Source: an uncultured Ignavibacteria bacterium
GTDB lineage: Bacteria; Bacteroidota; Ignavibacteria; Ignavibacteriales; Ignavibacteriaceae
NCBI GenBank assembly: GCA_963743325.1
Contig: CAVUOZ010000006.1
Location: 5,207-69,206 of the forward strand
DNA length: 64,000 bases
Direction: 5' to 3'
In this document: one piece after another, positions 10,353-20,665 of the stretch
Layout of the letters: each line of letters starts with the position of its first letter
Numbering within the stretch: the stretch's first letter is position 1
Translations under genes and position numbers: made by a program
The notes under the pieces: generated by a model
Told to the model about the DNA's origin: nothing
The model's input: only the letters and a program-made list of their open reading frames with translations
Databases searched by the model: none

Positions 10353-10673
10353 TTGATATCTTTTATTTCATTCAGGAAAAAGAATTGTTTCGGGTTCAGT
10401 GTGAAGGATACCGGGATCGGAATTTCAGAAGAAGATAAGGTAAATATCTTCAGTGAATTTTACAGGAGTAAAAAGGCGAGGGAAATGGAACGGCTCGGTA
10501 CCGGTCTTGGGTTGAACCTTGTGAAGGAAATATTTAAGAGAAACAATGGCACAATAAATGTCGAAAGTGAGATTGATAAAGGAAGCACTTTTACTGTTGA
10601 ATTTCCTTTAACGACTACTGAATATCCGGAATTTGAATACCATCTTGTCACAAAACCTTATATTTTCGAATAA
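10353..10673 (+). pseudogene. Histidine-kinase 3' remnant (HATPase_c G1/G2 boxes only)
   Basis: The translation contains only VKDTGIGISEED, FSEFYRS, GTGLGLNLVKEI and GSTFTVEFPL. There is no H-box, sensor domain or credible start or RBS. Confidence 0.6.
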
Positions 10674-10820
10674 TTATTACTATTAATATTTATAGGTTTT
10701 GGTGAATCCAGGGCAACAACAAGGGCGATTTTAACAAGTTTGAAACGCGGTGTTATATTCGGGGTTATTAATGTTAATGCTTTAAGGCTCGAACTAATAG
10801 TAATATTTTACCAATTTCAA

Positions 10821-11887
10821 TTAACATATACGGGGTAGCTGTTCACCGGAAAGCATATCAACTATCCGTGTGGTTCCGATCGATGTTTTCATTACGACCG
10901 ATCCGGGATTCCCGGTTACTACCTTACCAATAATAACCGACTCTTTTCCCAAGAGGATGAGATCGCATTGCATTTAATACATTTGCAGAATCCTCTTCAG
11001 GTACAAATGCAACAAGTTTTCCTTCATTGGCAATATACAGCGGATCAAATCCGAGAATTTCGCAGGCTCCTTTTACTTCTTCGGAAATTGGGATACTATT
11101 CTCATCTATTATAATAGACTGTCCTGATGTCATTGCAATTTCATTTAATGCAGTAGCCAACCCGCCGCGGGTAGGGTCGCGCAGTACATGTATATTCCGG
11201 GAGGTATTCAACATAACTTCGACAAGGGAATTTAACGGGGCAGTATCGCTTTTGATCTGAGTTTCAAAGGAGAGTCCCTCACGTGCAGACATAATAGCAA
11301 TGCCGTGGTCTGCTATTCTGCCGTTAAGAATTATTACATCTCCGGGTGAACAATTTTTAGGAGAGATATCAACTCCCGGCATAATAAAGCCGATACCAGA
11401 AGTATTTATAAATATTTTATCTCCCTTTCCTTTATCAACTACTTTTGTATCTCCGGTAACTATCTGCACACCTGCAGCCTCAGCAGCCTGTCTGCATTGA
11501 TAAAACAATCTGCCAGAGTTCTTCCATCGGCAGCCCTTCTTCAATGATAAATCCTGCAGAAATAAATAATGGTTTTGCGCCGCACATTGAGAGATCATTT
11601 ACAGTACCATTAATTGCAAGCTCACCAATATTACCTCCGGGGAAGAAGACCGGATGCACCACATAGGAATCTGTTGAAAAGGCAATTCTTCCTTCTTTAA
11701 CAGGAATGACTGCACCGTCATGTTCCTCGCTAAGGAATGAATTGCTGAACTGGGAGAGAAACATTTTCTGAATCAACTGGTGTGAAAGATTTCCGCCGCC
11801 GCCGTGAGCAAGCAATACTTTGTTATAATTGCTTATAGGAATCGGACAAGCCATACCGTTATGAATATTAATTTTTATATCAGACAT
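10821..11887 (-). pseudogene. hypE: hypE (hydrogenase maturation carbamoyl dehydratase) with at least 2 frameshifts
   Basis: The N-terminal part is ORF 11480-11887 ([25 protein letters not shown]). The middle part is ORF 10924-11598 in another frame ([18 protein letters not shown]). The canonical C-terminus IIGKVVTG...GEQLPRIC-stop is found by hand in a third frame at 10821-10940. Confidence 0.85.
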
Positions 11888-11914
11888 ATTTAACCTGCTG
11901 CTCTCTCATGTTTT

Positions 11915-12992
11915 TTATAATGGATAATATGCGGCACAAACTCCTTCAGATGAAACCATTGGTGCGCCGTGCGGATGTTCCGGTGTACATAAACTGCCGA
12001 AAGCACTGCATTCAGAGGGTTTCTTTAATCCCTGCAACACTTCACCTGCAATGCATAAAGGTGATTCGTTTACTTCAACGTCCGCAACGTTGAAGACCTT
12101 TTCTGCATCAAATTCAGAATATGAATCTTTCAATCTGAATCCGCTTTGGGGTATGGTTCCTATACCGCGCCATTTACGGTCAACAGTGCGAAACACAGTT
12201 TTCAATAATTCCTTTGCGGGAATGTTTCCCTGTTTTGAAACAACCCTCCCGTACTGGTTTTCAACTTCATAACGTTTCTCTTCCAACTGCTCTTACCGCC
12301 ATGTAGATTCCCTGGAGAATATCGACCGGTTCAAATCCTGTTACAACAATCGGGATTTTATATTTATCAGACAAAGGGATATATTCCTCATATCCCATCA
12401 CCGTGCATACATGTCCGGCTGCAAGGAATGCCTGGATCTTTGTTTCCCGGTTTGAAAGGAGGGCTTCAATAGCCGGAGGAACGAGGACATGAGAACAGAG
12501 TATGGAGAAATTTTTTAATCCTCTTCTTTTTGCTTCTACAACAGCCATTGCATTTGCGGGGGCGGTAGTTTCAAAACCGACTGCGAAGAAGACGACTTTT
12601 TTATCTTTATTCATTGCGGCAATATTAACAGCATCCAGCGGGGAAAATACTATCCTTACATCATGCCCGTTTGCCTTCACACTAAGAAGGTCATCTTTTG
12701 AGCCTGGTACGCGGAGCATGTCGCCAAAGGAAGTAAAGATTACGTCATCATGCGAAGCAATAGTTAAAGCCTTATCTATCATCTCAAGGGGAGTGACACA
12801 AACCGGGCAGCCGGGACCATGAACAACCGTTAATTCTTCAGGCAGCATTTCTTCAATACCGTACTTCATAATAGTATGCGTCTGCCCGCCGCATATTTCC
12901 ATAATGACATGGGGTTTAGTAATTGTTTTCTTTATCAGTCGCGAATAACCTTCAGCAGCTTTTGCACTTCTGAATTCATCTACGTACTTCAT
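11915..12992 (-). pseudogene. hypD: hypD with one frameshift near nt 12290
   Basis: ORF 12267-12992 has [19 protein letters not shown] and GFETTAP. ORF 11915-12286 continues as [12 protein letters not shown]...CTPEHPHGAPMVSSEGVCAAYY. The join MAVR|QLEEKR requires a 1-nt frame change. Confidence 0.85.
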
Positions 12993-13019
12993 TCTGTTTC
13001 CTTACTTTCATCAACCAGG

Positions 13020-13244
13020 TCACTCCATCTCTCTGAGCATTTCGATTGTTGACAAAGCTTCCTTTTCATCAACCTTGCTTAGAGCGAATCCGACATGCAC
13101 AAGCACATAATCACCAACTTTAACATCATCGAGCCACTGCAGACATACATCTTTACCCACACCGGCAAAATTAACTTTGCCCATTTTTAACTCGGGTATA
13201 GTTTCATCAATTGAAACGACTTTACCCGGGATTGAAAGACACAT
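13020..13244 (-). CDS. hypC: HypC/HupF hydrogenase assembly chaperone
   Basis: 74 aa starting MCLSIPGKVV, the diagnostic HypC N-terminus. Intact. Confidence 0.9.
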   Translation of the reverse strand: MCLSIPGKVVSIDETIPELKMGKVNFAGVGKDVCLQWLDDVKVGDYVLVHVGFALSKVDEKEALSTIEMLREME

Positions 13245-13247
13245 TTT

Positions 13248-15556
13248 TTACTCCTTTAATAGGGGAGATTTTATAGAAGACATTACAGCTGCTATCTGAC
13301 CGAGAGAGATTCCGCCGTCATTTGTCGGAATACGCTGATGACGGTAAACAGTAAATCCTGCAGACTCAAGTTCCTTTATTGTTCTTTCAAGAAGGAAAAC
13401 ATTCTGGAAACATCCGCCGCTTAGAACTACTTTCTGCAATCCGGATAATTTTAATATTTCCAAAATTATCATAACCAGTGTGTTGTGGAATTTAGCTGAT
13501 ATTACGGAACTGCTAATTCCTTTTTCCAGATCAGCAAGGATGCTTATAATAATTGGCTGCCAGCTGATTATCTTTTTCTCTTCTTCAACAATATCAAAAG
13601 GATAGGAATTCAATTCGTTTTCATCTGCTGCGAATTCAAGCATCATTGCCGGTTGGCCTTCAAAATTCGAACGCTGGCTTATTCCGGCTATTGAGGAAAC
13701 CGCATCAAATAGTCTTCCTGCACTTGATGTAAGAGGGGAGTTGATCTTTTTTCTGATCATCTGTTCTAATAAAATCTGTTCATGCTCCGTGAAATTATTA
13801 AGCAGTTTTTTATTGACTGTGAATAAGTCGTCACCAAAAATTTTGATACAGAACTCCTGCAGCAGATCTTCGTGGTTCCTGTACTGCAAGCTCACCTCCT
13901 GGCAGACAGAATTGTTCAAGCTGAGCAAAGTGTGAGAATTTATCTCCGTCATAAAGGAAAAACTCTCCACCCCAGATGGTGCCATCAGTGCCATAACCTG
14001 TACCGTCCCAGGAAACACCAAGTACTTTTCCACTGATTCTATTCTCAGCATAGCATGAAGCAACATGCGCCTGATGATGCTGCACCTGAAGTGATTCCCA
14101 ACCGGTTGAGGCAGCGTATCTGGTTGAAATATAATCAGGATGAAGATCGCTGATTATTAATTCAGGGTTCATATCATAGATTTTTGTAAAATCACTTATG
14201 ACTTTTATAAAAGTCTTATATGCTTCTTCAGTCGAAAGGTCGCCTATATGCTGGCTGACAAATATATTGTTTCCAGAAGACACTGAAATATTATTCTTCA
14301 TATGTCCTCCTACGGAAAGATAATTTTTACAGCCATTATTGTGAATTTCTCTGTTGTTCAGCTGGACAGGCAGGGGGGCATATCCTCTTGAACGTCTAAT
14401 CATCATTTCTCTTCCTGATACTATTCGGACAATGGAGTCATCGACATGCCGTACTATAGGTCTGTTGTGGATTAGAAAATAATCTGCTATATCGTGCAGC
14501 CGGTTAAACGCATCCTCCTCATTTATGCAGATGGGTTCTTCGGAAAGGTTACCGCTTGTGGCTATCACAGGAATTTCCAGATTATCCATCAACAAATGAT
14601 GAAGGGGTGTGTAGGGAAGCATTATTCCGAGATAAGGATTTCCTGGAGCTATTGAATTCATCTATTTTAATTTTAAAGTTTTCGCCGGGTTTTCTTTTAA
14701 GAAGTACTATAGGGGATTCAGGGGAAGAGAGGAGCCGTTCTTCCATCGGGGAGACCAGACATACTTCTTTTATAGAATAAATCCCGGGAAACATCAGCGC
14801 AAACGGTTTTTCATCACGGTGTTTTCTTTCCCGTAATTTTTTAATAACCCTTCTGTCATCCGCTCTGCAGATTAACTGATACCCTCCCAAGCCCTTTTAA
14901 TGCCAAAATATGGCCTTCCAGAACAGAATTTACTGCGTCCTTCAGAGCATCGGATTTAGCTGATAATATTGTGCGGTTCCGGTCTGTTAACTCAATATGG
15001 GGGCCGCAGTCAGGACATGCAATAGGTTGTGCATGAAACCGCCTGTTTGAAGGATCATTATATTCAGCCCGACATTTATCGCACATGACAAAACATTTCA
15101 TAGATGTATTCGGGACGGTCATACGGAAGGGATTCAATAATGGAAAACCTCGGTCCACAATGTGTGCAGTTAATGAATGGATACATATAGCGGCGGTCAT
15201 CAGGGTTAGTTCATTTCTTCGAGACATTCTTTGCATACGGCGATGTCAGGAAGTATAAATGCCGAAACTTTTCCGTTTTTTCCGCTCTCCCTGATCTCAA
15301 ATTTGTCAAAGCCTAAAGGATCAAGGTAGGAGAACTCCATACTCTGGATAATTGAATTTACCGGTTTTTCATTCCCGATTCTGATAATAAAATTATCTAA
15401 TGCGATTTTTTCTCCCTCGGCTTCAATAAAAACTCCCTGAGGTGAATTGAGGACAAACCCATTAAGGTTCATTGAGGATGCAAGCCGGAAAATAAAAGGT
15501 CTGAATCCAACCCCCTGTACCGCTCCGCGGATTACAACAGAAATTCGTGCAAACAT
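13248..15556 (-). pseudogene. hypF: hypF (carbamoyltransferase) broken into at least 6 frame segments
   Basis: The acylphosphatase domain is ORF 15206-15556 (RGAVQGVGFRPF). The Zn-finger [32 protein letters not shown] is readable only in a third frame, followed by [37 protein letters not shown]. The YrdC-like part (GGYQLICRADD...KPFALMF) is ORF 14582-14890. The Kae1-like part (GIMLPYTPLHHLL...SWDGTGYGTDGTIWGGEF) is ORF 13831-14661. The C-terminal part is ORF 13248-14066. Frame changes fall at about 15208, 15112, 14880, 14650-14700 and 13845. Confidence 0.85.
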
Positions 15557-16572
15557 TATGAGTAAATATTCGATTCAATCCACCCGCACCAGTCACTTAT
15601 TCCTGCTCCTGTTGTGCAGGATGTTTCAAATATTCTTAATTGTGGATTTATTGATAATGCATTATCTCTAATTTTTTCAACTGAACAATTAATGTACGGA
15701 AGAAGATCGATTTTATTTATTATCAAGACTGAAGCATTTCTAAACATTGCCGGGTATTTAAGAGGTTTATCGTCCCCCTCAGTTGTACTGAGTACAAGAA
15801 CCTTAACATTTTCACCAAGATCATAACCGGCCGGACAGACAAGATTCCCCACATTCTCAATAATCAGAAGCTGAACACCATTCAGGTTTAAATTATTCAG
15901 CGCATCACGGACAAGTCCCGCTTCAAGATGGCATCCGCCGTTTGTAACTATTTGTGTAACTGAAACTTTAAGCATATTTATGCGCTGTGCATCAAGGTCA
16001 GTCTGCACGTCTCCTTCAATAACTGCAATCCTGATTTTGTCTTTCAGAAATTCAATTGTTTTTTCAACTATACTTGTCTTTCCTGACCCGGGAGAGCTAA
16101 GAATATTAAAAGAGAAAATATTTTTGTCTCTAAGTCCTTCTCTTATATTTGCCGCGATGGCATCATTCTTTTCAAGGACTTTCCGTTCAACTGTAATAAG
16201 ACTCAATTTTACACCTCCGTTATTCTCTTCTTCAAATAATTCAATTTCTGTCACTAATAATTCATATCCTGTTATCACTTTAATATCTGTGCTGCCGCAA
16301 TCAATGCAACTGAATGTGAAACCTTCAATTTCATTTACAGATCCGCATTTATTACACTTTACGGTAATTGGCACCTGCTCAATTTCCAGTTTCGGTCCGA
16401 CAGAGTTTCCGGAAGAGTTTATAGCTTCAAAACAAAAATTGAGCGAATCGGGTATAATATTCTGAAGTTTACCGATCCTGATTCTTACTGATTTAATAAA
16501 TCTTTTCTGATCAGCTTTAACGTACTGATCAATAATTCCGTTTATTTCGTAAGCTATAGAAAGTTCATGCAT
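15556..16572 (-). CDS. hypAB: Fused HypA (Zn/Ni metallochaperone) and HypB (Ni-binding GTPase)
   Basis: Residues 1-115 form a HypA module: MHELSIA and two CxxC pairs (CNKCGS, CIDCGS). The remainder is HypB: P-loop SSPGSGKTS, IEGDVQT and ENVGNLVCP. It is a single uninterrupted 338-aa ORF. Confidence 0.8.
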   Translation of the reverse strand: MHELSIAYEINGIIDQYVKADQKRFIKSVRIRIGKLQNIIPDSLNFCFEAINSSGNSVGPKLEIEQVPITVKCNKCGSVNEIEGFTFSCIDCGSTDIKVITGYELLVTEIELFEEENNGGVKLSLITVERKVLEKNDAIAANIREGLRDKNIFSFNILSSPGSGKTSIVEKTIEFLKDKIRIAVIEGDVQTDLDAQRINMLKVSVTQIVTNGGCHLEAGLVRDALNNLNLNGVQLLIIENVGNLVCPAGYDLGENVKVLVLSTTEGDDKPLKYPAMFRNASVLIINKIDLLPYINCSVEKIRDNALSINPQLRIFETSCTTGAGISDWCGWIESNIYS

Positions 16573-17240
16573 CAGAATAATATCCAGTAAAATCCGATGA
16601 AAATTGCTGCAGCGCTAAAGCTGGCAAGCATTCTTTGAATAATTATGGTTCCTTTAACTTCAAGATATTTTGATAAGTATCCGATTATGGCTGCAAATGC
16701 TGTCATAGCTGCAAGCGTTCCGACTCCAAAAAACAATAGATAGAAAACGCCATCGATCCTTGAAGTAAACGCCAGGGCAGGGAGTATACCGAAAATATGC
16801 GAGGTCCCGGCAAATCCATGCATGATACCGACTGCAAATGCAGTGTGAGTATGAAAATGGGCGTTGGGTGCTTCGTGAGACATTTCTTTTCCATGTGAAT
16901 GGAAATGAATATGTTTATTACCGTCGTGCTCATGGTAATGAACATGAACTTTGTTATAATAAGCTTTTCGTATTCCCCATAACCCGATCCCGATCAAAAT
17001 TATTCCGATTATTCTTTCGCTGTACCCGGAAATAAAATTCATGGGAATAATTTCTCTTAAAGCCAAACCGAGAAATCCGAGGAGGCAAACCCCTCCGGTA
17101 TGTCCGATACCCCATTTGAAACCAATCGATATGGATTTGTCCCTGTTTTCAATCGCAAGTGGTGCAACAGCAGCGAGATGATCCGGGCCTGTTAGAACAT
17201 GGATTGAGCCGGCAGCAAAACCTAATATTACAGAAAGCAT
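16572..17240 (-). CDS. hupE: HupE/UreJ-family membrane protein (putative Ni/Co permease) with His-rich loop
   Basis: About 6 TM helices, N-terminal HVLTGPDHL motif and central loop HVHYHEHDGNKHIHFHSHGKEMSHEAPNAHFHTH. It is the first gene of the hyp operon, and its stop overlaps the hypAB start. Confidence 0.6.
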   Translation of the reverse strand: MLSVILGFAAGSIHVLTGPDHLAAVAPLAIENRDKSISIGFKWGIGHTGGVCLLGFLGLALREIIPMNFISGYSERIIGIILIGIGLWGIRKAYYNKVHVHYHEHDGNKHIHFHSHGKEMSHEAPNAHFHTHTAFAVGIMHGFAGTSHIFGILPALAFTSRIDGVFYLLFFGVGTLAAMTAFAAIIGYLSKYLEVKGTIIIQRMLASFSAAAIFIGFYWILF

Positions 17241-17429
17241 ATTAACACAAAAAATGAATTAAAAAAAATTATATAGAATATACATATTCAAAATATCCTA
17301 CCAGGAATTCCTTTGTAGAATCGATCTATTATAGAAAGAACAAGAATTAACTCAGATTATTTCCATCGTATATTATATGAGTTTACAATGAAATTCTCTG
17401 AAAGACAAATACGCAATAGAGTCCAAACA

Positions 17430-18944
17430 TTATTTCAATAGAATCATTTTCTTAGTCTGTACATAGTGTCCTGCTTCAATTCTGTAAAAATAAACTCCTG
17501 CAGATATAGCCGATGCATCAAATACAACCTCTAAGTAACCTGATTTCATAACTTCATTTTTTAATTCTTTGACTTTTTCACCCAGTAAATTATATATTGA
17601 TAGGTTGACGTGCACTTCCTGAGGAATTGAGAATCGTATTGTAGTACTCGGGTTAAATGGATTTGGATAGTTCTGTTCAAGTTCATATTTAACAGGAGCT
17701 GAGATAAATAAATTCACAATATTCGAGTAATTGATGCCTCCATTATAGTCAATTTGTTTTAATTTGTATGAATAATATCCGTTTTTAAGCTGTTGATCAG
17801 TAAATGAGTAGTTTGTTGTTTCACTTGTCGTACCGGATCCACCGATAAAAGCGATTTTTTTCCAGTCATTGCCGTCAAATGAACGGAGAATATCAAAGCC
17901 TGAGTTATTAAGTTCCGTTTTAGTAGTCCAGTTTAAACGGACATTGTTGTCATCTGCAGTTGCATTAAAACTGGTCATTTCAACAGGAATTACATAATCG
18001 GTGTTGATTAAAAATTTTCCTTCAGAACCACAAATCAACCCGGTAAGGTTCTCTGTGAATTTAATTTTGTAAAGAGCAATTGTATTTCCCCCGTTAAAAT
18101 CATTCACCCAGGTGATACCACCGTCTGTAGTTTTGTAAATCTGCTCCGGTGTACCGGCGACATAGGCAATTTGATCATTGAATATATGTACACCAGACAT
18201 CAGACCGGTTCCACCGGCATTACCGGGTATCCAGTTTGTCCCGCCATCAGTTGTAACAAGTACTTTTCCATTTTCACCGCCGACTATTCCATATTCAGGA
18301 TTATAGAATTCTACCCCTGAAAATGAAGAAAAAGGTTCTCCCGAATAAATGACCGTCCAATGAAAACCGCCGTTGGTTGATTTGGAAATCTTTTCATCAC
18401 CTCCAACCATGTAGAGAGTAGTTGAATCTGCAAAGCAAATATCCTCGACAGTCTGTTTTACACCGAAGGCATAATGCCATGTAGCACCTGCATCTGTAGT
18501 GACCAATACAGTTGAGGGGTAGGTAACCATAATTCCATTATCAGGGTCCCGAAATTCTACGATGTTGACATACATTGATCTTTTTTCAGAATTTATGAGT
18601 ATCCAGCTTAACCCGCCGTCTGTTGTTTTCATCAAATAATTCTGATAACCACCCACATATCCGACTTCAGTAGATGTGAAACAAACAGTTTTAAGACCTG
18701 GAATTGTGTCTTCTGAGATTTTTTGCCAGCTTAGTCCTTCGTTAGTCGTTTTAAGAATGATGCCATCCCCGCCTGAAACCGGATTCGATCCTACAGCAAA
18801 ACCGATATTACTCTGACCCGGCGGGAAACTCATATCATAAATTGCAAACGGATACTCTGTATTTATCCATTGCCAGCCCTGTGCCAGGATGTATTGTGAA
18901 AAGATGAGGATGAATACTGCCGATAATTTTGCAATGCTTTTCAT
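17430..18944 (-). CDS. Secreted BNR/Asp-box (Ycf48-like) beta-propeller protein with T9SS C-terminal domain
   Basis: Signal peptide, then repeated TTNEGLSW, TTDGGLSW, TTDAGATW, STNGGFHW, TTDGGTNW and TTDGGITW. The C-terminal domain is NYPNPFNPSTTIRFSIP...GVYFYRIEAG...KKMILLK. Confidence 0.8.
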   Translation of the reverse strand: MKSIAKLSAVFILIFSQYILAQGWQWINTEYPFAIYDMSFPPGQSNIGFAVGSNPVSGGDGIILKTTNEGLSWQKISEDTIPGLKTVCFTSTEVGYVGGYQNYLMKTTDGGLSWILINSEKRSMYVNIVEFRDPDNGIMVTYPSTVLVTTDAGATWHYAFGVKQTVEDICFADSTTLYMVGGDEKISKSTNGGFHWTVIYSGEPFSSFSGVEFYNPEYGIVGGENGKVLVTTDGGTNWIPGNAGGTGLMSGVHIFNDQIAYVAGTPEQIYKTTDGGITWVNDFNGGNTIALYKIKFTENLTGLICGSEGKFLINTDYVIPVEMTSFNATADDNNVRLNWTTKTELNNSGFDILRSFDGNDWKKIAFIGGSGTTSETTNYSFTDQQLKNGYYSYKLKQIDYNGGINYSNIVNLFISAPVKYELEQNYPNPFNPSTTIRFSIPQEVHVNLSIYNLLGEKVKELKNEVMKSGYLEVVFDASAISAGVYFYRIEAGHYVQTKKMILLK

Positions 18945-19213
18945 AGTGATCTCCCTTGAAATATATTTTCACTTACAATATTCGATTCGGGTGAGAATTA
19001 AATGTTTTCTACGGAAAGATCGCGACCTTCCTCCATCGTCTCACCTTCACCATAAAGAAAAATCGCTGCTTTAAATCTGCAATTTTTAATTGATAGAAGC
19101 AATAAAATTGTTTAAAAAGAAAGTAAAAAACACGATAATTGAGGGGTCATCGAGCTGAATTATTTTAACATCACAAGTCAGGAACCTCCTTAGCGGGAAA
19201 GTCTCTGCGAAAA

Positions 19214-19458
19214 TTATTTCAGCAGGATCATCTTCTTTGTCTTGACAACAGAACCTGTCCTCAACTAAAGAAATAGGTTCATTCTGAAGGATTTGAAGGT
19301 TCCAGTTTATTTCATAGGTACCAACTGGTTTTTCTTCCTTTGCAAGAATTGTCACTTCTTTTGCCAATATCTCATAAATTTTAAGTGTTACAAATTCTAA
19401 TGACGGTCTGAGAAATGAAATGTTGTTAATGGATGAAACGGGTTAGGAGGGTTTTAGC
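19214..19458 (-). pseudogene. Decayed T9SS C-terminal-domain remnant (orphan 3' end of a lost secreted-protein gene)
   Basis: Hand translation across three frames gives NPPNPFHPLTTFHFS / RPSLEFVTLKIYEILAKEVTILAKEEKPVGTYEINWN / LRTGSVVKTKKMILLK-stop. ORF-track entry 19086-19367 reads through this remnant. Confidence 0.6.
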
Positions 19459-19471
19459 TATATCGTCTAAT

Positions 19472-19522
19472 ATTAAAATAAAAAGCTTATGCAAAATTGA
19501 ATGATTTATTTTGCACAAGCTT
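19472..19522 (-). terminator. Rho-independent terminator downstream of the beta-barrel gene (minus strand)
   Basis: 15-bp stem aagcttatgcaaaat / attttgcacaagctt with one mismatch, followed on the minus strand by a T-rich tract. Confidence 0.5.
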
Positions 19523-19604
19523 TAATAAGTTAAATTAAAGTTAAACATTTTTTAACGAAAAATTGTAACCTGAACCTAAATCTTAAACAGTAACATTTGG
19601 AAAA

Positions 19605-20195
19605 CTAAAAACTAAATCTGACTCCCGCTATCATGTTAAAATAGCCGGGGACATCCGCTATGGAGATAGCAAGGTTTTCTGTATCGGCTCCCTGCGCACC
19701 TTCCCAGCTTTCTGTAAACTGGGTTTCATCTCCAAATGGGATCATATGTTTAAATTGAATGAATGGTTTGATAAGGCTGCTCACATTAAACACTACTCCG
19801 TAAAATGCAAGTAATCCCATCTTGAGTTCTGATGTTCCTGTTAGAGTTCCTGTATTAAAAAGCGGTGGAACGGTAGTGATATCGGAGGTAAGTAATAAGT
19901 TGACACCAAAACCTACACCGACAAAAGGAGATAAAATAAAATTATTAAAATTAAATCTGTGAATCGGCATTAAATCGAAAGAAAACATATTTGTATTCCC
20001 GCCGCTTAATCCATTCGCGGTAAAAGTGCCTGATCCATTAAGACTATTCCAGGTGTTTTCAAAATAACTGAAAGATGACCAGGATGCTTCGACATCTATA
20101 TCTAATTTGTATAACCCTCCGGTCACCTCGGCCGGGATAACCAGGTAACCAATTGTTAATCCGGCATTAAAACTGGTTGATCCGGCATCAGCCAC
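19605..20195 (-). CDS. Putative outer-membrane beta-barrel protein, N-terminus uncertain or possibly truncated
   Basis: Alternating hydrophobic beta-strand pattern and C-terminal AGVRFSF (terminal Phe). The frame stays open upstream to about 20360, but no signal peptide or ATG is found there. Confidence 0.4.
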   Translation of the reverse strand: MADAGSTSFNAGLTIGYLVIPAEVTGGLYKLDIDVEASWSSFSYFENTWNSLNGSGTFTANGLSGGNTNMFSFDLMPIHRFNFNNFILSPFVGVGFGVNLLLTSDITTVPPLFNTGTLTGTSELKMGLLAFYGVVFNVSSLIKPFIQFKHMIPFGDETQFTESWEGAQGADTENLAISIADVPGYFNMIAGVRFSF

Positions 20196-20665
20196 ATTAA
20201 GAACCTGTATCTGACCGTTTTCAGAAATTTTAACAGCCCCTTTTAATCCACTGGACTTTAACCCTACATAGGCCCAAAGAAAAATTGGGCATAAATAGAG
20301 CTGGAAGAAATTATGAGCAGTGACGGTGCAAACCTCTGCTCTTAATACAGGCTTTACGTATATTGATCATAATCTGTAACGTTAGCCTGATTGTCGCGTC
20401 TTTTTTATTTGAATAAAAAGGAAATTAAAATTCTACGCGGGTGTCTGGAAAAATAAAAAATTTTCCCGCTTCAAGAACAATTAATTTTTTTATCTCCGCC
20501 TGAAAATTCTGTTGTTCCTAAATGATAAAAATATTATTAATCAAACATTATATATTTATTTGTGAGTTTCAAGATGTGAGGGAGTATTTATATTAGTTTT
20601 CTATCACGACTGTTGTTATTAACAAATGAAATCTTCGGTTTTACCCTGTAATCATAAGAAATCGC

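Noticed and set aside
10821-15556. Programmed ribosomal frameshifting as an explanation for the hyp gene breaks
   Set aside because: At least 8 sites in three genes, in both +1 and -1 directions, show no common slippery heptamer or downstream structure. Decay or sequencing error is far more parsimonious.
19086-19367. ORF-track 93-aa protein as a real gene
   Set aside because: Its N-terminal third is simply the in-frame part of a decayed T9SS C-terminal domain. The rest is out-of-frame read-through with no start context.
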